Of a DNA stretch of 64,000 nucleotides, positions 50,240 to 58,937 are shown piece by piece. The notes beneath the pieces were generated by a model that did no database searches, was not told the DNA's origin, and was given only the letters and a program-made list of their open reading frames with translations. This DNA is from Planctomycetota bacterium (GTDB lineage: Bacteria > Planctomycetota > UBA1135 > UBA2386), in NCBI GenBank assembly GCA_965223545.1, contig OZ245006.1, positions 3,328,001 through 3,392,000 on the forward strand, written 5' to 3'. Position 1 is the first letter of the stretch; each line of letters begins with the position of its first letter. Position numbers and translations under genes: made by a program.

Positions 50240-51664
50240 TCAGTTGCCCTTCGATTCGCCGGTGAAGAAACGACGCACGACGGCACGATGGTGCGGCGCC
50301 ACGCGCCGCCGCCACGACGCCTCGCCGCCACCGCCGGCCGGGGCCGCGCTGCCCGCGCCGGCGGCGCGCTCCGGATCGGTCTGCGGCGCCACCCGGTTCA
50401 CGCCGGTCACTTGCCACTCCCTGGAGATCGCGCGCCCCCGCGGCAGCCGTGTCGCCTTCGGCGGGGTCAGCAATTCAGTGTCGTTGGTGTAGTTCAGCTG
50501 CGCTGGCCCGGGTCCACGGCTGATGCCATTGCGGCCCGGCACGCTGCCCGGTTGACCGCCGCCGGGCACGCCGGCGCAGTTGCCACCCGCTCAACCGGGC
50601 CCGTGTTGGTGGCCCGGGTCCGCCGCGGCGAGATCGGCCTTGGCGGCGGCGACCGCGCTGGCGAGATCGGCGAGCTCACCGGGATCGACCAGACCGGCCG
50701 CCCCCAGATCGGCGAGCGGCGCGTCGAGCGCGTCCCCCATCGCCGCCGCCAGCGCGGCGAGCTGGTCGGCGCTGTCCGGCAGCTGGCCGACGTCGATCTC
50801 CTGCCCAGCGCTCAGCCCGAGCTCGCCGAGCAAACCCGGGTCCATGGTGTCCAGCAGGCCGGCCTGGCGCGCCTGCTCGAGCGCCTCGGCCATCGACTCG
50901 GCCAGCGCACCGGCGGCACTGTCGGCATCGTCGCGGCGGGCCGCCGCCTCCAGCTGCGCGAGGGCGTGGCGCGCGCGCTGCGCATCGTCCGCCCGCTGGT
51001 GCTCGAACCGCTCCAGCTGCGCCTCGAGACTGTCGACATCGGCCCACTCGACGGGATCGCCGGCGAGCTGCTGCTCGCGCAGCTCCTCGATCTTGGCCAC
51101 CAGCTCCTCGACCTGCTCGTCGGCGAGGATGCCCTCGGTGCGGCGCTCCTCGGCGCGCTCCTCGAGGAGGTCCAAGGCGGCGGCCACCGGGGTGTCGAGC
51201 GAAGGCGCCGGTCGAACCGCGGGCGGCGGCAGCCAGAGAATCAGGCCGATGGTGACGGCGACGGCGAGGACGGCTCGCCCCCAGCGCCGGCGGTCATAGC
51301 CGGGCAGCCACTCGTCAGCCGCGCCGAGCCGCCGCGAGAGCTCCTCTCGCCACGCGGTGTTGTCGCGCTCCACGCCCGCCAACAACAAGCCGCCCAGCCG
51401 CAGGCGGTGGTCGACCTCGACGATGGCACGGCCAGGGCCGAAGCCGCTGGCGTGAACCCGCCACGCGCCGAACCCCATGATCGGAATCACCGCCAGGGTC
51501 CACCAAGGTGACGGCGTCGGCCAAAGCCCGAACAGCCGACCAACCAGCACGACGAACAGCGCCACCCCGCAGCCCCAAAGTGCCGCCCGCGCGGCCCCGT
51601 CGACGAAGACGGCGGAGCGCACTCGACGGAGAAACTGCTTGGTTTCGAGGTGGCCGACGGGCAT
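50240..51664 (-). CDS. Membrane/coiled-coil protein heading the MoxR operon, with an in-frame TGA at codon 358 (candidate selenoprotein, or a nonsense mutation/sequencing error)
   Basis: ORFs 50591..51676 and 50240..50569 are in the same frame, separated only by TGA 50593-50591 and 7 sense codons: ...DPGHQHGPG*AGGNCAGVPGGGQPGSVPGRNGISRGPGPAQL...VRRFF. The downstream part ends 4 nt before the moxR ATG. Confidence 0.65.
50536..50574 (-). other. Candidate bacterial SECIS-like hairpin downstream of the in-frame UGA
   Basis: mRNA +17..+55 after the UGA: CCGGCG-UGCCCGG-[CGGCGGUCAA]-CCGGGCA-GCG-UGCCGG. The apical loop starts at +30 with G at loop position 2. Folded by eye in GC-rich sequence. Confidence 0.4.
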
Positions 51665-51782
51665 CGCGAGCCCCACAACGGGCAGCGCGCCAGTCTATTC
51701 CCGAGCAGTCGGCGATCGGGGAGCAGAAGTTCTGCTTTTGCCCTGCGCTTACAGAGGCGTCTCGTGCGGCATGCTGGCTGCC

Positions 51783-52676
51783 TCAGTCGCGGTCGTCGCC
51801 CCGCAGGGCCGGCACGCCGTAGAACTCGCAGATTCGCTGGCGCACGGCTTGGTCGCGCGGGTCGACCCCGCCGGCTTCCAACTGTGGCGCGTCGGCGAAT
51901 GCCCCCGCCGGGCGCGCGGTCGCCAGCCCCGGCGCGCCGTGGTCGTCGTGCTGGACTTCCAGCAGCTGCCACGGAATCAACACGGTGCGCGCGGGCGCCT
52001 CGGCCCCGCGCGCAGCGACGGCGACGAACGCGAGCGCACACGAAGAGTCACCGGCGAACCACAACGAATGCACCAAGCCGAAGTCGGCGTCGGCGGCGCG
52101 CAGAGGACAACCGACCAAATCCGACGCGCGCATCGCCTGCGGCTGCCGCGCATCGCCTTCGGCAGGCCGGGATTCTCCTTCGGAGCCCGCCTCGGCGACA
52201 TCCCGGTCGGTCTGCCCGGCCTCGACGTCGGTCTGTTTCTCGATGGCTGGCAGGGCCGCGATGGCCGCCGGACTCATTGCCGAGCGGAAGCTACCGGCGT
52301 CCGCGTCCCAACCGAGCATGTCCCAAGCGATGCGCACGTGACGCGGCTCGGCCTCGCGCTCTGCGGCGGACTCCGGCGCCTCGCATTCGAGCAACACATC
52401 GCCGATCGCGCCGGTGCGCGGGTCGATCCACACGTCGCGCACTCTGCCCAGCACCTCGCGCTCCGATCCCTCGAGGCCATTGCTGACGACGACGCCCAAC
52501 ACCGCGGTGTGCGGCAAGACCAGCGGGCCGTCCTTCGCCGCCGCATCCTCCACCACCGGCTCGCCCGTCGCGGGCTCCTGGCCGCGCTCCTGCGCGCGGA
52601 TGCCAGCACCGGCCCACGCACCGATCGCCGCGCAGAGCAGCGCCGACTTCAACTTCTTCGAGATGACTGAGTTCAT
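51783..52676 (-). CDS. Secreted PRC-barrel domain protein (two PRC-like repeats)
   Basis: Signal peptide ending GIRAQ. LGVVVSN...LGRVRDVWIDPRTGAIGDVLL...IAWDML and MRASDLVG...FGLVHSL...LIPWQLL...EFYGV. Confidence 0.7.
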   Translation of the reverse strand: MNSVISKKLKSALLCAAIGAWAGAGIRAQERGQEPATGEPVVEDAAAKDGPLVLPHTAVLGVVVSNGLEGSEREVLGRVRDVWIDPRTGAIGDVLLECEAPESAAEREAEPRHVRIAWDMLGWDADAGSFRSAMSPAAIAALPAIEKQTDVEAGQTDRDVAEAGSEGESRPAEGDARQPQAMRASDLVGCPLRAADADFGLVHSLWFAGDSSCALAFVAVAARGAEAPARTVLIPWQLLEVQHDDHGAPGLATARPAGAFADAPQLEAGGVDPRDQAVRQRICEFYGVPALRGDDRD

Positions 52677-52902
52677 GATGACCGTCCGTTTCTTGGTTCC
52701 GCGATGGCTCGGGGCCCGATCCTCGCGTCGGGTTGCCAAGACCGGCCGCCGACGACCGCGTTAGCTGCCGCCCGGCGTCGTCGCATCGGGAAGATCGCGG
52801 CGCAGAATCGGGACGGTTCGCGGATCGCATCGACGACATCTCGCCGACAACAGTGCGGCCAACTCGTTAGCCCGGAGCCGGCGCGGGTCGGGAGGCAGGG
52901 CC

Positions 52903-53338
52903 CTACCGATCACGCAACGGGACGCTGACCGAGACCGGAACCACATCGCCAGTGGCGAGATCGATCGCAATCCCGGCAAGTGGCAGCGCGACAGGGTCGA
53001 GTTCGATCCAGGCGTACCCCGTGAACACTGTCCGGCAGGGCTGCGTCACCCGAACCACGGCAGTCGCGTCGACGTAGCCGGGGGCGGTCACCGTCACCGG
53101 AAACTCCCCGGCCTGCATCGCGGGCCCCTCGTACGCGCCGGACCATCGGAGTTCGAGGGCAACCGTCTCGCTCCCGATGAGAACCTCCACGACCGCGGAA
53201 TCGACCACCTCACCGGAAACCGCATCCCGGACGTCGACGCGCAGCCCAGACCAGACCGCAACACAGTCGGGCGGCCCATCGCTGTCGCAGGACATGACCG
53301 CCAGCAGACTGGCCGCGGCGAAGAACGATGACCCTCAT
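52903..53338 (-). pseudogene. Small lipoprotein with a carboxypeptidase-regulatory-like domain; apparent +1 frameshift just after the start
   Basis: ORF 52903..53295 (SCDSDGPPDC...VDVRDAVSGEVV...VTVTAPGY) is preceded in frame by SSFFAAASLLAVM but blocked by TGA 53337-53335. Removing one G from ATGAGGGTCA gives the lipoprotein signal MRSSFFAAASLLAVMSC. Confidence 0.45.
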
Positions 53339-53392
53339 CCCCCCGGATAGCCACGCAACCCGGTTCGGTCACAACGGTCGCCGCTCGACCAC

Positions 53393-53429
53393 TTGACATT
53401 TTCTGAACCCGAGTTCATCTTCATGTCAA
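53393..53429 (+). promoter_or_regulatory. Sigma70 promoter TTGACA-N17-CATCTT containing operator TGAAC-CCGA-GTTCA, flanked by inverted repeat TTGACAT/ATGTCAA
   Basis: TTGACA 53393-53398, palindrome 53404-53417, CATCTT 53416-53421. ATG 53430 follows without an RBS, suggesting a leaderless transcript. Confidence 0.6.
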
Positions 53430-54065
53430 ATGGGCCCGCATCCCCCAGCCCCTCGCCAAGCCCGCAGCCAGCGCACCCTCGAGCGCATCCTCGCGTCCGC
53501 CGAGGAGCTGCTCGGCCGCGGTCTGTTCGAGGAGCTGACGATGGCCCGGCTCGCCGCGCACGCCGGGGTGGCCGTCGGCACGATCTACACCCGGTTCGCC
53601 GACAAGGCGGCGTTGCTGCCCGCGTTGTTCGACCGCAACCACCGCGCGGCGACCGCGGTGGTCGACGACTTGGTTGGGCGCTTGGAGACGCTGCCGACGC
53701 TGCGGGCGCGGGCCGGCGAAGTCGTGCGGGTCGCGGTCGAGCTACACACCGAGCGCCGTGGGCTGCTGCGCGCCCTGACGATGTACACCCGAGCCCATCC
53801 ACAGGCGATCGGGGGCGGAGTGTTCGCCGAACGAGCCCGACAGTTCCGGCGGGTGGCGCGCGCTTTGCTCGGCGACCGCGGCGAGGTGCGAGACCGTTGC
53901 GCCGAGGGAGCCGCGCTGTTCGCCCTCTCCACCGTCAACGCGGTGTGCCGCGAGCAGATCCTGTTCGCCGACTCCACTGCGGTTCGCGATGACGCCTCCT
54001 CCCTGCGCCGCCGTCTGACCGAGCTCTTGTACCGCTACCTGGCACGTGCCGACCTCGACCCCTGA
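53430..54065 (+). CDS. TetR/AcrR family transcriptional regulator
   Basis: PRQARSQRTLERILASAEELL...FEELTMARLAAHAGVAVGTIYTRFADKAALL. Confidence 0.92.
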   Translation: MGPHPPAPRQARSQRTLERILASAEELLGRGLFEELTMARLAAHAGVAVGTIYTRFADKAALLPALFDRNHRAATAVVDDLVGRLETLPTLRARAGEVVRVAVELHTERRGLLRALTMYTRAHPQAIGGGVFAERARQFRRVARALLGDRGEVRDRCAEGAALFALSTVNAVCREQILFADSTAVRDDASSLRRRLTELLYRYLARADLDP

Positions 54066-54109
54066 ACGGTCCGCGCCGCTTGCCTTTGTCCCCCACGACC
54101 TGAAGCCCG

Positions 54110-55216
54110 ATGCTCCATCGTTTCGCTCCCCTCGCCATCGCCACCGCTTTTGCCTGTCCAGCGCAGGAGGCGGAAGTCAGCACCGTCGACGCGACCGCGA
54201 TTCGGCGACACCTCGCGCCCGTGCTCGCCGAGCACCGGATCCCCGGCGTCGTCGTCGGCATCGTGCACGGCGACCAGTTGGTGTGCACTCTCGCGCTCGG
54301 CCACCGTGATCTCGAGTCCGAACGGGTGATGGCCGCCGACACGTTGTTCCAGATCGGATCGGTGACCAAGTCGCTGACCGCGACGTTGCTGGGCGTGCTC
54401 GTCGACCGCGGCACGGTGTCGTTCGACGACACTCTGGGTGAACGCTTGCCGGATGCGGCGCTTCCACCACCCGTCGCGGCCATCACCCTGCGCCAGCTGG
54501 CAACGCACACGTCCGGCTTGCCGCGCGACCCTGCCAACCGGCGCAACCTCCCCGACAGTCCGAGCGTCATGCTGCCCTACAGCAACGCGGAGCTGGTCGA
54601 CGCGCTGCGCACGGCAGCGGTCGAGCCGAGCGACGACGCCGCCTACTCCAACTTCGGCTACGGCGTGCTGGGGCACGCGCTCGCGCGCGCTGCCGGCGTG
54701 GACTACCACGAGCTGCTGCGCGAGGCCGTGCTGCAGCCACTGGGAATGACCGACAGCGGGATCACACCTGACGAGGCGCAGGAGTCGCGGCTGGCCACGC
54801 CGTACTGGCCCGAGGACGACCCCCTCGTCCCCCGACCGCGTTGGCAGATCGGCGAGGTGGCGTCGTTCGGCGGCGCGTTCAGCAGTGCTGCCGACCTCGC
54901 GCGGCTGGTCGCCGCCCAGTACGGCCCGGCAAGTCTGCTCGATGACGCAACCCGCACCGCGCTGCAGACGCCACACGAGGACGCCCGCGTCGCGGGGCGC
55001 CGCATCGCCATGGGCTGGTTCGTGGACGAGGTGCCCGGCCTCGGCACGCTGCTGGGTCACGGCGGCGAAGTCGACGGCTACAGCGCTGGAGTCGTCGCCC
55101 TGCCCGGCGCCCACGCCGGCTTTGTCGTTCTCGCCAACACCGGCGGGCGCGCGGCCGAGAGACTGATCATGACGATGATGCAGCACGCCACGGCCTGGCT
55201 GCCCGCGCCGCGGTGA
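54110..55216 (+). CDS. Secreted serine hydrolase, beta-lactamase class C / peptidase S12 family
   Basis: FQIGSVTK (SxxK), LATHTSGLP, YSNFGY (YxN), PLGMTDS and GHGG; signal peptide ending ACPAQ. Confidence 0.9.
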   Translation: MLHRFAPLAIATAFACPAQEAEVSTVDATAIRRHLAPVLAEHRIPGVVVGIVHGDQLVCTLALGHRDLESERVMAADTLFQIGSVTKSLTATLLGVLVDRGTVSFDDTLGERLPDAALPPPVAAITLRQLATHTSGLPRDPANRRNLPDSPSVMLPYSNAELVDALRTAAVEPSDDAAYSNFGYGVLGHALARAAGVDYHELLREAVLQPLGMTDSGITPDEAQESRLATPYWPEDDPLVPRPRWQIGEVASFGGAFSSAADLARLVAAQYGPASLLDDATRTALQTPHEDARVAGRRIAMGWFVDEVPGLGTLLGHGGEVDGYSAGVVALPGAHAGFVVLANTGGRAAERLIMTMMQHATAWLPAPR

Positions 55217-55240
55217 CGCCGCCACCGATCCGCAAAGCGG

Positions 55241-55846
55241 TCAAGGCGACTCCGGCGACTCCGGCTCCGCGAGACGATCGGCCAACCGCGCCAGGCCACG
55301 GTGCAGCATCATCCGCACCGCGCCCTCGGTCTTGCCGACCTCCTGGGCAACCGCGCGCCGGGACAGACCGACCACGCGCGACAGGATCACGACCTCGCGC
55401 ACCTCGTCGGGCAGGGTCTGGATCGCGTCTTCGACCCGCGCCAACTCCTCGCGCGCCGCGGCGTCCCGGCTGGGGGTGTGCAGGTTGCCATAGCACGCCA
55501 GTGCGGCATTGAGGTCCTCCGCCCCGGCCGGAGCGACTTCGGCCGCGCGCTTCTTGGCCGCATAGAACGCATGCCGGTCGAGGACCTTGCGCTGCGCCGT
55601 CTTGAACAGCCAGCGCCGGAAGCCGTCCTCCCCGTCGTAGCGAAACCGGTCGAGGTTCTCGAGCACGTCGCGGCAGACGGACTGGGCCAGATCGGAGGCC
55701 GACTCCTTGTCGAGCAGCCCCCGCCCGGCGCGCAGCCGCAGGTAGGCCCGGACGCTGGGCAAGAACCGGTGCAACAGTTGGTCGACCGCTGGCGCGTGTC
55801 CGGCGGACGCTTGCTCGACGAGTTCTCTTTGGCGGTCGACCGGCAT
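55241..55846 (-). CDS. ECF sigma factor, kinase-associated (Planctomycete-like SDxxQ type)
   Basis: LLHRFLPSVRAYLRLR...ESASDLAQSVC...FRRWL...TPSR...LPDEVREVVIL...EVGKTEGAVRMMLHRGLARL; divergent from a kinase, 53 bp apart. Confidence 0.88.
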   Translation of the reverse strand: MPVDRQRELVEQASAGHAPAVDQLLHRFLPSVRAYLRLRAGRGLLDKESASDLAQSVCRDVLENLDRFRYDGEDGFRRWLFKTAQRKVLDRHAFYAAKKRAAEVAPAGAEDLNAALACYGNLHTPSRDAAAREELARVEDAIQTLPDEVREVVILSRVVGLSRRAVAQEVGKTEGAVRMMLHRGLARLADRLAEPESPESP

Positions 55847-55899
55847 GTGGCGCTCAGGCGGAGTGGACGCCCGCGGGGATCAGTGTAGCCTGGGGCATC

Positions 55900-58734
55900 G
55901 TGAGCGGAAACGAGAGGTCCTCCGCCGAGATCGTCCGCCTGCTCGAAGAGTGCCTGGATGCGCGCGAACAGGGCGGCGAAGCCGCAATGGAGACCCTGAT
56001 CGCGAGCCGACCCGAGCACGCGGCCGCGATCCGTGCGCGGCTCGACGCCTTGTCGCGGACCGGCCTGCTCGACGGTGATGGCGAGATGCCGGAGCGGCTC
56101 GGCGATTTCCGCCTCATCGAGCCGATCGGCAGCGGCGGCATGGGTGTGGTCTACCTGGCCGAGCAAGAAAGCGTCGGGCGCCGGGTCGCGGTCAAGCTCG
56201 TGCACCCCGAGCACCTGTTCTTTCCCGGCGCGCGCGAGCGCTTTCGCCGGGAGGTCGAGGCGGTGCGTCGTCTCGACCACCCCGGCATCACCCCGGTCTA
56301 CGCCGTCGGTGAAGCCGATGGCGTGCCCTACTTCGCGATGGAGCACGTCGCCGGGGTGAGCCTGGACAACGTCTTGGCCGCGCTGCGCGGCAAGCCGCCG
56401 GAGACCCTCGACCGCGGCGACTTGTTTCGCACCTCGCCGGATGTGGCACCACGGGAAGAGACCACTCTGCCGGAATCTTGGGTCGACGTCTGCTTCACCC
56501 TCGCTCGGCAGATCGCGGAAGCCCTGGCGCACGCCCACGAGCGCGGCGTGCTGCACCGCGACGTCAAGCCATCCAACATCGTGCTCACGCACGAGGGTCG
56601 CATCCGCCTGCTCGACTTCGGCCTCGCCCGGTCCGAGGGCGACATCCGCATCACCCGCACCGGGTCGGTGCTGGGGTCGCTTCCGTACATGGCTCCGGAG
56701 CAAGTCCGCGGCGATACGCGGCTCATCGGTCCGCGGACGGACGTGTACGGCGTCGGCGTCACCCTCTACGAGCTGCTGACCTTGCGGCCCGCGTATTGGT
56801 CGGAGACCACCGAGCGCACCCGGCGCCGCGTGCTCGACGGCCAACCCGTGTCGATCGAACGACTCAACAGCGCGGTGCCGCGCGATGCCGAGACCATCTG
56901 CCGAAAGGCAATGGACTTCGACCCGGCGCACCGCTACGCGAGCATGGCGGCGTTGGCCGTCGACCTCGGCCGCTTCCTGCGCCGCGAACCGGTCGCCGCG
57001 CGCCGCCCTGGGCACGGCGTTCGGTTGCGACGCTGGGCCCAGCGGCGACCGACGCTGGCGACGGCGCTGACCCTCGGCTCACTGCTGGTCGTCGGTGGAC
57101 CGATCGGATTCGCAGTCCAGTCCGAATCCGCCCGTGCGGAGATCTCCACCGCGTACCAGGCCGAGGCCGAACAACGCCTGCGCGCGGAAACCGAGCTCGA
57201 GTCCGTGATCGCCGCGATCGACGAGATGCTGGCGGCGGCAACCGACGCCGAGTTGATTCGAACCCCCGGCGGCGACGCGGTACGGCGAAGAATGCTGGAG
57301 AGCGCGCGCAGAATGTACGAGGGCTTGCTGGCGCGCGAGCAAGAGCGACCCGGTGTCGCCCGGCGCGTCGCGACCACGCAACAGAAGTTGGCGCAGCTGC
57401 ACCTGCAGCTCGGCTCGGTCGAGCCGGCGCGGGAAGCGGCGCGCGCCGCGGTCGCCGTCGCAGGCCGACTGGGCCCGGGCGTACCGGGCGCGGAAGAGCT
57501 GCCGTTCTCGGTGGCCCTGCGCCTCATCGAGGTGCTGATCGACACGGCCGAGATCGACGAGGCCATCGAGCGCATCGGCGTTCAGCTCGACGAGTTGCAC
57601 GGATTCGAGGACGCCGGGCTGGACGCGCACGCCGAACGGCGCCGCCAGCTGTGGTTGGCGCGCGCCTGGGACGCGCTGAGCGAAGCCCGCTTGCGCCGCC
57701 GCGAGATCGAGGCCTCCCTGGACGCGGCCCGCAAGTCGATTTCCGCCTACGAACTTGCCGGTGCCGCGGATGCCAGCGCGGAGGTTCGGATCTACTACGC
57801 GCGACGACTCGAGTTCAACGCCTACATCGGCGGTTTCCACGGCCTGGAACCCGACTACGCCAATCTGTTCGAACGCGCCAACGCGCTGCGCCGTGGAGTG
57901 ATGCAAGAGGACCCGGGTGAGATCGCCGTGCGCTTCGGGCTCGGCGAATCACAAGCGAAGTGGGCGCACATCGAGCTGAAGCGCAGGCAGTGGGCGCCGG
58001 GGATCGAGCGGTCACAGCAAGCTCACGAGACCCTGGTCGCTCTGGCCGATGATTTCCCCGGTCGACCGCGCTACGTCGAAACCCTGCTCGGCAACGTCGC
58101 CCGCCTGGGCTACGCCCTGGAGAAGGACAACCGGCGAGAGGAGGCGATCGAGGTGCTCAGAGATGGCCTGGACCGCGCGATCGCCGCAACCCAGCGCCAC
58201 ACCATCATCGACTTTCGCTATCACGAGGCCGTCCTGAGCGGATCGCTCGCTGCCCAACTCGGACGTGCGGAGAGGCCCGACGAGGCCGAGCCGTACTGGG
58301 AACAGTCGCGCAAGGCTTGGGAGTGGTTGATGCGCCAGTCACGGCCGAGCTTGGAGCACGTGATGCAGGTCGGAGTCCACTACGACCAACGCGCGCATTT
58401 CGAGTACGCCCACGACCGCCACGAGAAGGCCCTGGCTCTGGCCGCGCTAGCCTGCAAGTACCATCGCCTCGCCCACGAGCGCGCGCGCATGGCCGTGTCG
58501 ATCGACCGGCTCGGGAAGTCGCTCGTACTAATGGCCGCCATCGAGATGGCCCTCGACCACCCCGCGCAAGCGGTCGCGCGGCTCGCAGAGGCCGTGCGCG
58601 AAGCCGGCGTCACCCGCGACCGGATCGAGAGACAAGTGTTCCGGCCGCTGGCCGGGCGCGCGGACTACCGCAGCGTGCTCGATGAAGCTCCGCTGAGCAC
58701 CGAGGCAGGGACGAACACGCGCAAGAGCCGGTAG
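55900..58734 (+). CDS. Hanks-type Ser/Thr protein kinase with TM-like segment and helical (TPR-like) C-terminus
   Basis: IGSGGMGVVY, VAVK, HRDVKPSN, DFGLAR, GSLPYMAPEQ and DVYGVG; hydrophobic segment LATALTLGSLLVVGGPIGFAV. Confidence 0.92.
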   Translation: MSGNERSSAEIVRLLEECLDAREQGGEAAMETLIASRPEHAAAIRARLDALSRTGLLDGDGEMPERLGDFRLIEPIGSGGMGVVYLAEQESVGRRVAVKLVHPEHLFFPGARERFRREVEAVRRLDHPGITPVYAVGEADGVPYFAMEHVAGVSLDNVLAALRGKPPETLDRGDLFRTSPDVAPREETTLPESWVDVCFTLARQIAEALAHAHERGVLHRDVKPSNIVLTHEGRIRLLDFGLARSEGDIRITRTGSVLGSLPYMAPEQVRGDTRLIGPRTDVYGVGVTLYELLTLRPAYWSETTERTRRRVLDGQPVSIERLNSAVPRDAETICRKAMDFDPAHRYASMAALAVDLGRFLRREPVAARRPGHGVRLRRWAQRRPTLATALTLGSLLVVGGPIGFAVQSESARAEISTAYQAEAEQRLRAETELESVIAAIDEMLAAATDAELIRTPGGDAVRRRMLESARRMYEGLLAREQERPGVARRVATTQQKLAQLHLQLGSVEPAREAARAAVAVAGRLGPGVPGAEELPFSVALRLIEVLIDTAEIDEAIERIGVQLDELHGFEDAGLDAHAERRRQLWLARAWDALSEARLRRREIEASLDAARKSISAYELAGAADASAEVRIYYARRLEFNAYIGGFHGLEPDYANLFERANALRRGVMQEDPGEIAVRFGLGESQAKWAHIELKRRQWAPGIERSQQAHETLVALADDFPGRPRYVETLLGNVARLGYALEKDNRREEAIEVLRDGLDRAIAATQRHTIIDFRYHEAVLSGSLAAQLGRAERPDEAEPYWEQSRKAWEWLMRQSRPSLEHVMQVGVHYDQRAHFEYAHDRHEKALALAALACKYHRLAHERARMAVSIDRLGKSLVLMAAIEMALDHPAQAVARLAEAVREAGVTRDRIERQVFRPLAGRADYRSVLDEAPLSTEAGTNTRKSR

Positions 58735-58937
58735 GCGGAAGCGCGGGTGTCAGCGGGCGACCGCCGCGAACTCCGGGGCCAGCGCGTCTCGTGCAGATCG
58801 GCTTCGACTGCTGGGGACCCCGTACTGCGACGAAACAGACGAATCGCGGGGTTCCTGTCCTCCACCGGCGCGCGCTCGCGCTTCTGCCTCTTGCGGCCAA
58901 GTTGGCCGCGAGAGCCCAAATGGACGCGAGGCTACCG

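Noticed and set aside
54110..55216. Calling the serine hydrolase a bona fide AmpC resistance gene
   Set aside because: It has GHGG rather than the KTG triad. The family includes many esterases and peptidases, so activity cannot be inferred.
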